Shown piece by piece: positions 14,061-29,000 of a stretch of 64,000 nucleotides of DNA. How positions within the stretch are numbered: position 1 is the first letter of the stretch; the number at the start of each line of letters is the position of its first letter. Origin of the DNA: the human T2T-CHM13v2.0 reference genome, Homo sapiens; the NCBI RefSeq assembly GCF_009914755.1, contig NC_060944.1; one strand, given 5' to 3'. The notes below the pieces were generated by a model. That model worked only from the letters and a program-made list of their open reading frames with translations. It was not told where the DNA came from and did not search any database. Both the position numbers and the translations under genes were made by a program.

Positions 14061-14999
14061 TCTCCCTCTCACTGTCACTCTCACTCTGTTTGTGTGTACA
14101 CGCACATGTGTGTGCATGCATCATTTAGCCCTGCTGACTGATATGCCTACTTATTTATGATCAAGAGCCAGACATTGACCTAAGAGAAAAAGTCTTTAGA
14201 TGGGATCTCCCTCCAAAGAAATTGTAGTTTTCTTCTCGCTTAGAGGTAGATCCTCTTGGTCCAATCAGGCTGAAATGCCTTGAGGCTAGATTTCAGTTTT
14301 TGTGGCAGCTGGTGCATTTCTAGTTTGCCTTTTCAGCTAGGGATTAGCTTTTTAGGGGTCTCAATGCCTAGGGAGATTTCTAGGTCCTCTGTTCCTTGTT
14401 GAACTCCAATTTTGTCTATCCTTTTGCTGAGAGGTCTGCTTAACTTCCTTTTAGTCAGGTAGCTCCATTTTATGCTAAGCTTCTTAGTTGCTCACCTTCT
14501 GCAACTAAAGAATCAGAAAATGCTGTGAAGGAAAAACAAAATGAAATTGTTTTGTTTCTACTGGCCCTTTATCAAGCCCTGGCCACCATGATAGTTATGA
14601 ATTCCAATTTTTGTCTATGCAGGCCTATCAGATTTCTAACATCTCTGAGCTACCATTTTCTTCTTAGCTATCTGCTCAGCAAATGTATCCAAATGAAAGG
14701 TTGTGGAGAATGTTGAAATCAATTCAATGTGTTTCTCTTCTTTCTGAGAGCTTACACACTCAAGTTCTGGATGCTTTGATTGCTATCAGAAGCCCTTAAA
14801 TAGCTACTTATTTTTAATTAATTTTATCCAGCTTTCATAATTGTTCTCGCCAGGTGGGATGGCCTAATACAAATTAATTTGTCATAGCTAGAATTAGAAG
14901 AAGAAAACTTTAAACAGCATTGAGTTATCAGTACTTTCATGTCTTGATACATTTCTTCTTGAAAATGTTCATGCCTGCTGATTTGTCTGTTTTTTTTTT

Positions 15000-15640
<641 letters not shown>

Positions 15641-15752
15641 TTTTCTTTAAAAGTTTTTACTTATTTATTATTATTATACTTTAAGTTTTAGGGTACATGT
15701 GCACAATGTGCAGGTTAGTTACATATGTATACATGTGCCATGCCAGTGCGCT
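15641..15752 (-). mobile_element. L1PA2/PA3-like 3' end with A-rich tail (non-inverted part)
   Basis: ttatactttaagttttagggtacatgtgcacaatgtgcaggttagttacatatgtatacatgtgccatg is the reverse of a young L1 3' terminus. Confidence 0.92.
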
Positions 15753-15754
15753 TT

Positions 15755-15824
15755 CTGTTGTGGGGTGAGGGGAGGGGGGATGGATAGCATTGGGAGATAT
15801 ACCTAATGCTAGATGACGAGTTGG
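15755..15824 (+). mobile_element. Inverted L1PA2/PA3 3'UTR segment (twin priming)
   Basis: ctgttgtgggg...gatagcattgggagatatacctaatgctagatgacgagtt is the L1 segment immediately upstream of the previous piece, in the opposite orientation. Confidence 0.9.
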
Positions 15825-17073
15825 TGTCTGTTTGTTGAGAGGAGAATGTTCAGAATTTTATATCCTCAACATCTTTTTCTGCATTAATAAGATACTGAGA
15901 TTTTATAACTTGTCATTTTGGTCACTTATATTTTCATATGGAAAAAATCATATAATCCAGGGTTTCCAATATATTTGTGTAAAATTAAGAAAATGATCTT
16001 ATCTAATTACTTGATCAATATCTGTGATTATATTTTCATTGCCTTCCAATTTTAATATTTGTTCTCTATTCCTTCTTAATCTGGATTGAGGTTCTGATTA
16101 ATTATTTTAATGTTGCAAATTGTTTTCACTTTTTCCATAAAATGAGTTCTTGAGTTTATTTCTTTACTGCATCATTCTATTTTCAAGTCATGAACTTCTG
16201 ACTCAATTAAAAAAAAAACCTCACCATTTCTATGAAATTGTTGTGTTCATATTTTATTTTTTATTTACTGTATAGTTCAGTATAGAACATATAATATTAT
16301 AAAATATGTAATAATAGGATAAAAAATAAGATACAAAAAGTAAGGGGTGTGAGTTTGGAAAATTATACTTGCTGATATGGTGAAATAACTCTGACCAAAT
16401 TAACCTTCCAGCAATAAAAACAAAATTGGAAAACTGGATAAAATATACATGGTAACATGTTAGGTCAGCTTTGTCTGTCTTCAAACAAATATAAATATTG
16501 TTCTACCCTTGTTACCTATTTATTCTTTTCCATTTTGTTTTGCTCGATTTTTTTCTTATACCCATTTATTTGAGTAAATTTTGAAAATATCTATTCTTCA
16601 TTTTTGCTGTTTCTAGTGTGGTATATATTTCTCAGATAAAAGGTATTTTCCCTTTTATCTTTCCCTAAACTCACACTACATATATTGCATTTATCTTATA
16701 TCTGCTTTAAAACCTATTTATGTCCTTTTAGGTCACTTACATCAGAGGAGTTGTATTGGTGCGGGAAGGGGAATTTGATTTAATGAAACAATGCATTAAA
16801 AATTTGTACTCACTTTGTGATTCAATGATAGTCAATGTGGCATATAATTTTTTTCTGTCTTTTAATATTATATTGTCTTTGTTGCTTTTCTCTAACATGA
16901 AATATATGTTACACAGGCACAGTGCTGGTGTCTTTTCTATTATTATCTTTGAATGGGACTCATTACTGTCTGAGCTATTTATTAAAATGGTGAAGGAAAA
17001 GATCAGTAAGGTAAATTATGTCAATAGGCAGTATCAATTTAGGTCTATTTTCCATGAATATTTTCTCAGCAAC

Positions 17074-17843
17074 TGTGGTGTTATGATGTATATTGGTTTT
17101 CATCCACAGTTCCTGGCTTATAACTCCCCTAGCACTTGTTACAATCTTTTGTTATAATATTGGATGTGTTAGGTCTCAGGAGCAGGCCTCTCACCTTCTC
17201 ATGGCCTTTTTTCATTTTTATGTTCCTGCCTTTCTGGTTGTGGGTCTTAAGACCATCTCAGGAGAGAGTCCCACCCTATACCCTGGAGGGAGGAATGCTG
17301 ATATCATGAAACTTCCATGAAAATCCAGGAGGACAGGGTTCAGTGAGCTTCTGGGCAGTTGAACACATGGATGTTCCTGGAGGGTGGCCCACCCAGGGAT
17401 GACATGGAAGCTCTGCTCCCTTCCCCCATGCATTGCTCTAAATGTCTCTTCATCTATGTCCTTTGCAATATCCTTTATAATACACCAGGAAATGTAAGTG
17501 TTTCCCTGAGTTCCGTGAGCCACTCCAACAAATTAATCAAACCCAAAGAGGGGGTCATGAGAACCCAACTTGAAGCCAGTAGGTCAGAAGTTCAGAGGCC
17601 TGGGCTTGTGGCTGGTAGGTTGAGGGTGGGCAGTCTTGGGGACTGACCTGTGAGACCTGACACTATCTCCAGGTAGACAGTGTAGTGTCAGAACTGAATT
17701 AGAGGACACTCAGCTGGTGTCTGCTCCTTGGTATATGTATGGAGGAAAAAACGCACACATTTGGTCACAGAAGTCTTCTGTGTTGCTGATTGATCTTTGT
17801 GGTGTGAGAGTAGAGGAAAAACATAGAGTGTTTTCTCTACACA
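17074..17843 (+). mobile_element. MER21-family solo LTR
   Basis: TG...CA ends with 5-bp TSD gcaac (17069-17073, 17844-17848); gtgtttccctgagttccgtgagccactccaacaaattaatcaaacccaa is typical of MER21. Confidence 0.85.
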
Positions 17844-19144
17844 GCAACTATATAATCTGTGGGAATATCTCCTTTTACACCTAGCCCTACATCTGTCTGG
17901 CTACAGTCATTTATCTGGCCTTGGGAAATGTGACCACAGAATCAGATATACACATGAGATTAAATAATACACGTGTATGTCATTTAAATATCCAGAAAAG
18001 TTATGACTTCACCAGGTATGAAGAATATAAAAAGAACTCTGTCAAGAATCATACAGTAAATAGATTTTTGAATTTAATCTAGTACCTAAACAATCAGAGT
18101 AGGGAGGTTAGATATTAAAATCAGGCTAAAGATATAGGCAACATGGATCTAGAAAACATGGATTGCATGGCCATTTCACTTAGAGTTCATGGGCTTGGAA
18201 TATCTATTAACATAACTTTTACAACGTTAGAATTTTTTCCCATATTAACGAGGGAAAAACAAACAATTACCCTGAGTATCTGAAGCTCCAGATCTCATTT
18301 TCCAGTCAAAATCTCTGATAGGTAAACAACCTGAAAAAATAGCCACAACTCACTGAGGTGATAACCCCATTTGCTTAAGATAATATAATTGTTTTTATGA
18401 AATTTTTTATCCCAGGAAAACATTGAAAAAAAGTTTAGAGATGATGAAGTATATGAAAACTATAATATTTATACTTTAGAGATGTGATATTTATTTATAA
18501 TTGTATTAGTATTTAAATATAGATTAGCATTTTACATTCCAATTTTAAATGTGTAACAGTGTATTTTAGATATTGGGTTTTTTTTTTTAGTTTAAATTAT
18601 AAGCGGCTTTACCGAGTTGCCAGTAATGGTTTAACATTGAAGATAATTTAAGATTCATGATTTTGTGGGTTTAATTTATTAGCTCTGTAAGGGTTGTTTA
18701 AGTACTCTGAAGGCTTTATTTGTTAGTCCGATAATTAAAATGTTCACAAAGATAATTGAACATATTAAATGTATAAATGTAGTTTAAAATCTTTAAGGGA
18801 GTTTAATTAACTAAGTTGTAAATGGACCAAACATTAATCAAAGTTCCCCTTAAAAATAATTTTTAATGTACTGGTTTTATAAATAGAACAATAAAATTTC
18901 TAATTTAAACTCAAAAATTTTTTAAATTCGTTAACAATTTAATATAATATGCTGCACATTAATTCAGAATATGAAATCTTATAAGCAGTCCTTTTTACAT
19001 TCAAGAATCACATTGATAAACATCACAAAATGCCCACTGGCAACCACTATGAAACTCTTTAAATGACAGGTCCTGTATGAATTTTACTCCTCATGATTTG
19101 AAGATTATGCATAAATTCCTTCTTCTTGTTATTTTGTTTCCAAT

Positions 19145-19367
19145 TTAGTCTTTACATAGACAAAACTCCTATAACAGAAAAACTGAAAACAAAGAGAGTG
19201 CATTCCTTCGCTTGCTTTCTGAGGATGCCCTACTCTAAAAGGCAGTAGCTTTCAATAAACTATGTCTTCTTCTCACTGTACTCTGTGACTCACCTTGAAT
19301 TCTTTCCTGTGTGAGGCCCAAGAACCCTCTCTTGAAGTGTGGATCAGGACCCCTTTTTGCAGTAACA
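19145..19367 (+). mobile_element. MER41-like ERV1 LTR, 3' part
   Basis: aataaac...gaattctttcctg...ccaagaaccctctcttg...ggatcaggacccctttt...gtaaca end. Confidence 0.7.
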
Positions 19368-19719
19368 CTAGTACTGTTATAATTAGGTAAATGTTACTCA
19401 CACCTGAAACATGGAGCATAAATGATTGAATTTCATTTCTACACGATATTTTTTTTCCCTTAAACTGACAATTTTTTAAAATTTTTGTTTTTTTCGTTTT
19501 TCTATGTATGTATCAAAGTACCAACTCCAAACCCTACCCCAGTTTTCTAATGAGTCTCATAATACATTCAGAAGCATTAGACATTTTATCAGATTTATCT
19601 TTTTGAATTTTTTTTCTAGATAGCTCTAATTTACACAGGTTGCTGTGTACATATACCACACATCTAACAACCAGGAGATTCCCTGTACTTTATACCCTAC
19701 CCTGTCTTCATTTACTTCC

Positions 19720-21820
19720 TCATTTTAGTGAAACTCTTCTCCAGTAAATTCCTGAGATAGGATGTATTGGATGTAGAGTTTTAGAATCTTGCCGTGCTGT
19801 AAATGCTTATTATTGTTTTCCTCCTATCTGATTTACAGTTTGGTTGGAGATACTATTCTGCATTAGAAATAATTTGTTTTTCAATTTATAAGGCTTTGCT
19901 TGTCTTCTAGTGACCACTTTTATTTCTCTTCTCTGGAAATTTGAAGTGTCTTCTTTTTTTTTTCCTGGAGTGTGCTGATTTGTGTGTGTGTGTCTGTGTG
20001 TGTGTGTTGGTCTAGGTCTATTTTCACCACTGATTTGAATTCTGGTGGACACATTCAATCTGAAATTCATACACTTTAACTCTTACCCATTTCAAAAAAT
20101 AATTTATATATATCATACTTCATTGTATTTTTTTCTTTTCCCAAATGCCTGTATTTTGTTGCTGGCCCTGTAGGACCAATTATTTAATTCATTAAACTTT
20201 CCATTTCTTATTCCCAACTCTGTTTACACTAACTTTTCTGGAGATGCAGTTAGCTTTACCTTCCAAATCTTCCATTAAGTTATATATTTCTGCAATAAAT
20301 TTCTTAATTTTTAAGAATTCTATTTTTTTGAATATCCATTTTATATCACATCTTGTTCTTGTTGTATCATCTTATCATCTTCCCTCTCTGAGGAAATTAA
20401 TAATTACTTTTTTCCCACACTGTATAGATTCTGTTTACTTTCAGTTGTTTTGTTTATTTTTTGTTTCCGTGTTTGTTATTGGCTGTACCTAGAATCTCTT
20501 GATTGTTGGTTATCTGTTTGTGTTCAAGAGCAATACAATAAACGTTTACGGTAAGCTCCAGGTTCTTAGGTAATAATTGTCAACTGTGGCTTCCAGCCAG
20601 GGCAATCAGGTCGAGAAGTTTTCCCAGAAAAGCCCCTCATGACATATCCACTGGACTATTACTTTGGGCTGATCATGATCTTCCAACTAGAGTCTTCCAG
20701 TCTTCTCTGAGGGTATAAGACTAATAGACTGTTATGTTTGAATCTAGATAGAGGTGAAAATTGGGGAGATCTAGCTTTCAGTAGTTTCTGTTCATTTTGC
20801 CCCCCTAATTTATGTATGACCAATGAAGATTATATTGCCAGTACTAAGATTCCCTGTTACCTCTCTAGACAGCAAATGTCTACTTTTCCACCAGCAGAAC
20901 CTAGAGGCATTTAAGAGGCTTGATGGAGTGGGCATTGGAAACAGTCTTTCAACCAATCTTCCTGGGTTTTAGCCCTACCTTTACTTCTACTTTCAGAGGT
21001 ATCCTGTGCAACCAATTTATGAACATTTTGTAGAATCAGATTTCCCCGCTACTTACAATTTTGCACTTTTTGGTAAGCTAAGTCAGTTACCAGCCATTTA
21101 TGGACATCCTATTTTCAAAAATGTTGCTGTTTTCTTTTTATATCACTTGAATGAGCCATTTGCCATCATGTTATAGCTTCAGGTGGGAAAATAAGTCTCT
21201 CTATGTGTTTAACATGCCATATTTGCTCAGGTGTCTGCATCTACTCTCACCATTTTTTGAAGAAAGGCTAAATTGTTATGGCACTGACAACTAGTCTTCA
21301 TAGTTTGGTTTATAATTTTTAATGGTGTTTATTTTTAACAAAATTGGTGGAGTTTTTTTCTTTGTACGTTGATTTTCTTTTGGTTTTCAGTTGTTTTAAG
21401 AAATAAATGGAGGGAGAGATATGCTTCCTTTGCTCCCATTAACCAAAAGAATAGTTTGAACAACACAGGAATTAACTTTTCCATTAAGTTTAAGAGGACC
21501 TGCTTGAGACACAGCTGGGCCTTGAGCTTTTAAAGGTGCTATAACTTTATACCAGTTTCATTTTTTTCTATTGTTGGTATCTTCAAATGTTCTCATTTTT
21601 CTAGATTTATTTTTATAGTTAAATTCTCCCTAAAAAATTAACCTCTTTATATATATTTTCAAATATAATGACCAAAAGGTACATATTAGATTCTTTTGAA
21701 ATTTTCAGTTATCCAGTTTTCCATTTTTCTTGTTATATTTTAATAGGCTCTCTCTTTTTTGTCATCTAATTTATTTGTCTTTTCAAAGAAATATTTTTTT
21801 GGATTTATTGAAAAATTCCA
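19720..21820 (-). mobile_element. Highly degenerate L1M fragments
   Basis: T-rich antisense L1 character; boundaries and subfamily uncertain. Confidence 0.4.
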
Positions 21821-21854
21821 TTGTTGTTGGGATGGGAGAAGATTAAATCCTTCA

Positions 21855-22195
<341 letters not shown>

Positions 22196-23621
22196 AACTT
22201 TAAATAATAGTATATTGTTTTGCAGATTATAAGATGAATAGATATTTATTGTAAAATGCACAAATAGTGCAACATTTCTTAAAGTAGACAGTGAAATACT
22301 TCATGTTGCCATGTTTCTCCAAGAGGTACTACAGGACTGTTTGTCTCAATGCACTGTTTGGCCCAGTGCATGCTGCATGTGATCTCTACCCTTTACTTGT
22401 AAGTGCTCTTCATGTCTCCGTCACTGATACAACCAAAAATAACCTACATTTCCAAAATCACTCCAAAGGAATGGTCCTGAGAAAGAGTTGAAAATTCTCA
22501 ACTCCTCAGATTAGATCTCTATTAAATAATTGAACAAGTGTGCTAACTAATATTTGCAAAGCTGTTCATTATACAAGTGTATAAAAAATGCAAAGATGGT
22601 AATGACAAATTTTCAATAGACATGTTTTATAAAAATATTGGTAAAAATTAACAATTTACAGTCATTTTAAATGATGGCAAGATATCCAATGTATTTTTGA
22701 ATGAAATATGAGGTCACTACAAATCATAATTAGCATAATCCCATTTTTTAAATAGTACACATATGCCTTTTTTGAGTGAAAGTATTTGAGTTCTAATTAA
22801 ATTGTTGTCGGTGGATTTCTAAGGAATAGAGGAAATGATGAGGCATGTGGGATTGTAGAGAGAGGGAGATTTCAATTTACATTTAATTCACTCCTGGAGT
22901 GTTTGAGTTTTTGTAATAAAACATTGTAAAACGTTATATCATTTACACTACAATCACTTATAAACTTTCATTTCAATTAAAAGGAAATTTTTAAAAAGAG
23001 GACTACCCAATAACTACTGCAGCCATTGTAGTTTCGTAAATGACTTTTTCCTTCCTTCATGTTGTGTTAATGTGTGCCTGCTAGGTCAAGACCCAGATTT
23101 GACACTGTGTGCAGTCAGGCTATAAGTATCAAAACAGAAGATTACCTATCTGGGTACCCAGCTTCCCCATTCCTGATCAAGTTGGGAAGCCATAGGGTCC
23201 AACTCTCTCAATATGTACTAATGAAACAGAGATTCTTTTGCCAAAGGATATTCTTCTTGATGGTAAAAATATTAGCTAACATTTGTTAGCTGAGAAAAAT
23301 GAAGTATATTAAATATGCTAAGGGAAACTGTGGTTCAAGTGATAGAGATTTTTAATTCTTTTTGAGATCATGTTATTATACCCATGACAAGGTAAGTTTG
23401 ATTCAGAATAATTTCTGCCAAAATAAAGGATGCTGTTGATGGCCTGCTTGTCCCCTGCCTATTGACTATTATTCTCAAACTCAAGCAAAATTAATTTTTA
23501 AATAACAGGATAAGAAATATAAGTAAGCTCTGCCTTTTGTGGGGCAGGTTGAAAGTATGGAAGAAATTCAGAAAGGACATAGTCGGGAATAGATAAGAAA
23601 AGAAAAATATATACTGGCCAT

Positions 23622-23992
23622 TGATATGGTTTTGCTCTGTGTCCCCACCTGAATCTCATCTCGAATTGTAATCCCCACATGTAAAGGAAGGAACCTGGTG
23701 GGAGGTGATTGGATCATGGCAGCAGCTTCCCCCATGCTGTTCTCATGATAATGAGTTAAGTTCTCAAGAGATCTGATGGGTTTATAAGTGTTTGACAGTT
23801 CCTCCTTCACATGCTTACTTTCTTCCTTGCCTGCCACCATAGAAGACATGTCTGCTTTCCTCCCACCATCATGGTAAGTTTCCTGAAGCCTCTCCAGCAT
23901 GCAGAACTGTGAGTCAATTAAACCTTTTTTCCTTTATAAATCACTCAGTCTCAGGAAAGTCTTTTATGACAGTGTGAAAACGGACTAATACA
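23622..23992 (+). mobile_element. THE1 (THE1D-like) solo LTR
   Basis: tgatatggttt...ggactaataca with 5-bp TSD gccat (23617-23621, 23993-23997). Confidence 0.9.
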
Positions 23993-25188
23993 GCCATGAA
24001 AAATGAATATTGGTTAAATGGTAGGAATAAGAAAGAACATTCTTGGCCTAGAGAGTACAAAAGGAAAGCCATGGGGTTGGACCTAAAAAGAATACAAAGG
24101 AAGAGGAGAGAAGAGTACTCATTGTGCTATGGAGTTGAATTGGGAAATTTTTTACAAAACCAAGAAATACCAAACTTAGTGAACTATTGTGGGACCAGTG
24201 AATAAAGAAATATTAAAGCAATGGAAAATAATTTAAGTAAATATGAGAAGAAAAATTAAGAATATCTGTATATTTTTGATCAAAGGATGTAATGATTAAA
24301 GTTACATTATAAATTATTCTATCTATGGAATTAATTATGGATTAAAAGAATAAAAGTCAGACAAACTATAAACTTCTCTCATTCTTTATTTTGGAACTTA
24401 AAGAACTTATGTATCTAAGTTAATCAGATATTTTTATGTTATTTTTACAAAAATAATTTACAAAATTAATTTTACAAAATTAATTTAGAAATATTTTTAT
24501 TGTCTGTTTTCTATAAAAATAAAGTGTAAGATTTTACTACTTCAGATATCTTTTGCTATAAGTCAATCTATGTCTTCCAAGAAAATCTCTTGGTCAGGGC
24601 TCATACTTCTCCACCATGTTTCAGATTTGATTTCTTTTCAGTGAGCTAAGATTTGTTACTGTGTCCCCTTAAATTGAAATAGACATAATTAATGTGGCTA
24701 TAGTGAGATTCATCTTCAATATAGTAATTGTATTCTGAAACATTCATCTTAAAATGAAATATTTTCTCCTCTAACTGGAGTCTTTCATTTACAATTAACT
24801 TAAACTTTTAATCTTTACACTGGAAACTCTTCTTTAAAGAAGATATGACTATTTTGTTCTCATAAAAGCTAGACTCTTGCAGAAGACAGAAACTGCAACG
24901 GCAGGAAGATTAATGTGGATCCTGGAATCTAGAAAGTTGTCTACAGACTATTTAAAATGGTTACTGTAAGAAAGCTCAAAAGGAGAATAATCATTCAGAA
25001 TAGGAAGAGATAGAAACCCTTAAACAATTAAAATAACATTACCAGGTGTGTATAGTCAGAGGGAGAGAATTTGCCTATATTATTCTGGGGAAAAAATAAA
25101 ATATTTCTGTATAACATCATAGAACTGTAAATGGAGATGTTAAACTTCTCTGATGGGTACTTTGAGAAAAATTTTAAAAATTGAAAAG

Positions 25189-25484
25189 TTTTTTTTTTTT
25201 GAGACGGAGTCTCGCTGTGTCATCCAGGCTGGAGTGCAGTGGCGCCACCTCGTCTCACTGCGAGCTCAGCCTCCCGGGATCATGCCATTCTCCTGCCTCA
25301 GCCTCTTGAGTGGCGGGACTACAGGTGCCCGCCACCACGCCCGGCTAATTTTTTTTTTGTATTTTTAGTAGAGACGGGGTTTCACCGTGTTAGCCAGGAT
25401 GATCTCAATCTTCTGACCTCGTGATCCGCCTGCCTCGACCTCCCAAAGTGCTGGGAATACAGGTACAAGCCACCGTGCAGGGCC
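25189..25484 (-). mobile_element. AluY
   Basis: catgccattctcctgcc and ttcaccgtgttagccaggat are AluY diagnostics. Confidence 0.93.
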
Positions 25485-25745
25485 AAGATTATTGTTTTAA
25501 AGTGTAAAAATTAATATTGAATTCTTGTGTTTATATAATATGATGTCCTATAATTTCTGTTTGGAATATAAAATCAGCAACTAATATGTATTTTCAAAGC
25601 ATTATAAATACAGAGTGCTAAGTTACTTCACTGTGAAATGTAGTCATATAAAGAATATAATAATTATACTGGATTCTTTTTAAATGGGCTGTCTAACATT
25701 ATATTAAAAGGTTTCCCCAGTAACTCATTATATCCAAATGCTCTT

Positions 25746-26043
25746 GGCCGGGTGTTGTGGCTTACACCATAATCCCAGCACTTTGGGAGTTCGAGGTGGG
25801 CGGATCCCTTGAGGTGGGGAGTTGGAGACCAGCCTGACCAACATGGTGAAATCCCATCTCTAATAAAATAAAACAAAAAATTAGCTGGGTGTGGTGGTGG
25901 GCAACTGTAATCTCAGCTAATCAGGAGGCTGAGACAGGAGAATTGCTTGAACTTGGAAGGAAGAGGTTGCAGTGTGCCAAGATCACACCACCCCACTTCA
26001 GCCTGGGTGATAGAGCAAGACTCAGTCTCAAGGAAAAAAAAAA
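25746..26043 (+). mobile_element. AluS
   Basis: Full dimeric Alu with A tail. Confidence 0.93.
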
Positions 26044-29000
26044 GCTCGAAAAATGTTTGCTTATTTTGGTAAAATTATTCATTGACTATGCTCAGAAATC
26101 AAGCAAACTGTCCATATTTCATTTTTAGAAATTACATATTAAAGATCTGAAACAAAGGATAAAATATATGCAAAAATATTTGTATGTCTGGATAAATTAG
26201 TTTCCTGAGTTAACTCCTTGACTGTTGACATTGAATCTATTTTAAATTAAACAAGGTGCTGATAAAACAAAAGACAAAGAAAGAAATTCAAAATAAAATT
26301 GAAGGATGAAATCAGAGCTTACCAGAGGTAAAATTTCTTCTGACAGTGTAAAAGAGATCTTCATACAAAAAGCAGAATTTATATAGTCTCTTTCCAAAAG
26401 ACCATAAAACCAATCAGTTAATAGTTGATTTTTATGTGAAAAAGGAGAGTGTAAAAGAAAAAATAATGACACCAAAATCCCTTTTAAATTCAGTCATAAA
26501 GTTTCAAAAATGTAATTCAGATAAGAAATTAATGTCAGCCACATTCCACCACAGTAAAGGTTTGCATCAACTTTTCACCTAATATTTTTAGCATTCATTA
26601 GGAAACTTGTTTCAACCATTATTTTACTAGGTGTTATAAGAGGGTACTACATTCTTTCATTTTTTTCTTCATTTATTAGCTAGAATAATTTCTAAGAGAA
26701 CATTTCCTCCCAAATGTGTATTGATTACACCAAAACACAGTTTGGACAGGAAAACAAGATAAGTAGACAAATGCTTGATTTTTATTCCCCTCCCCATTTT
26801 TCACAGTAATGAAGTAGTGCTTCAACAAACTTTAGTAGTGATTGAAAACTTATTTCCCATAATAAAAATTTTAAATATTTGTAAGTAAATGATAAATAAT
26901 AATTTATCCAGTATTTCATGAGTACTTATAATCAGCCAGGATCCATTCTCCCACACTGCGGGGAAAGGAGCCCAGTTTAAAATTCCTGTCAGGACACCAG
27001 CAAGATGATGAAATAGAAAGCCTCAAAGCCCCTCCACACTCCTCTCCAAGGAGACACCAGCTCGATAATAATACACAGATAAATCCCGTTTGTGAAAAGT
27101 ACAGAGGCAAATTTAAAGACTCTGGATTCCCTGGTAGGCTTCAAGCCAGGCACATCTAAACCAGCAGGTAAATTTGTTGCACTCACTCATCCTCCCTCAG
27201 GAGTACAACGCAATGGAGAGAAAGCTCCAAACTCCCAGCTCATCTCTAGGGAGAGAAAGAAAATTCTAGACCATATGTCCAACATTTTGACTTTTTGGGA
27301 AGGCACTAGAACCTATCTACCCTGAATCTAAGTGCTAACAGGAAAGGATGCCAGATTGCATGCCTGCTGATAAAGCCACAGTTTGGACTGTCACTCAATC
27401 ACCATCATTCCTCCTGTGACTCAGTATAACAAGATTGGGAGAATACTCTACAGTTCCTGATTCCCCCACAGAAGTGAAAGAGAATACAGAGGCACACATT
27501 CAGTGTTCAGACTTCAGGGGAGTTGCCAAGTGATTGTTTTCTGTCTTGCCTGAATTTAAGTGCTAACAGGAAAGCTTTCCAGGTTGTGGATATTAAGAAC
27601 AAATGAGTTGAGGCAGTTTGGGTTAGCATACATTCACTTATCATACTATCCTTCCCTGGATCAATATGCAATGAGTGGGAGAAAACCCTCAACTCCTGGC
27701 TTCCCCTTGGAGAAGGAAAAAGCTGGAGTGTGCATCCAGAATTCCAACTTTTCCCAGTCAGCCTGATGGACTGTTTTCTGTCTGACCGAATACTCTTGAT
27801 GTCTGAGGACTGCTGAGAACAAAAGAGAGCTAGGGGGTTATAGCAACTCCAGATAATCTACAGTACTACAGATAGATAACAAAGAGAGCAAGAGATTACA
27901 CGCTCCTGAAGAAAGACCTGCAAATTTTTCTAAGAATTTACACACAATTCCAGAGACAATACATTCATGGAAAGATTTGACACACTTCAGAATCTCTAGC
28001 TGGGCTGACTGGTGAAAGGATTTCCCAGTGCAAAACCAGTCTGTAAAGACAGAGAGAAGTGGTTATTTTTTTCAAATCCTAGAATCGCAGCACAAAATTA
28101 AAAGGTACAAAAGGAAACAGGGGAAAATGACCCAATAAAAGGAACAAAATAAGTTTCAAATATCAACCCTTCAAAAATGGAAGTATATAAATTATCTGGC
28201 AAAGTGACATATCCTGACATATTCTCCAGGATAGATCACATGTTAGGTCACAAAACAAATTTTAACAAATTTAAGACAAAGGAAATCAAGAACCTGTTTT
28301 GACCAAAAGTAGGATGAAGCAAAAATTCAATAGTAGAAGGAAAACTGAAACATTTACAAATATATGGAAATTAAACAACATACAATTGAACAACCAATGA
28401 GTCAAAGAAGAAATCAAAAAGAATATTAGAAAACAAGCTGACAAAAAAAAAATAAAAAACACAACATAACAAAACTTAGAAATGCAGCAAAGGCAGGACT
28501 AAAGAGGGAAATTTATAGCAATAAATGCCTACCTTAAGAAAGAAGAAGGATCTCAAGTAAACAACCTAACTTTACAACTCAAGGAACTAAAAAAGGAGAA
28601 CTAAGCCCAAACCCAGCAAAAGGAAGGAAATAATAAAGATTAATGCAAATAAAGGATATTTTCACACACATATTTTCATTATAACCAGAAAGTAGAACCA
28701 ATGCAAGTGAATAGATTTTAAAAAACTGTGGTATTACTATACAATGGAATATGGCAATTAAAAAGAAAAAAGACTCAACCAAATAAAATAAAAAATGAAA
28801 AAGTAGACATTGCAATTGATACCACAGAAATAAGAAAAGATTATAAGAGACTGCTGTGAATGATTATGGTAGTAACTGGATAACCTAGAAAAAAATCAAA
28901 TTACTGGAAATATACAACCCACAACACTGAATCAAGAAGAAATAAAAATATGAACAAATCTGTAGCTAGTAAGGTGTTTAAATTAGTAATCAAAAATCTT

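Noticed and set aside
18613-18848. Minus-strand AG...GT exon-like unit
   Set aside because: Weak splice sites and several stops in the frames read; AT-rich and close to ERV LTRs, so it may be ERV internal sequence.
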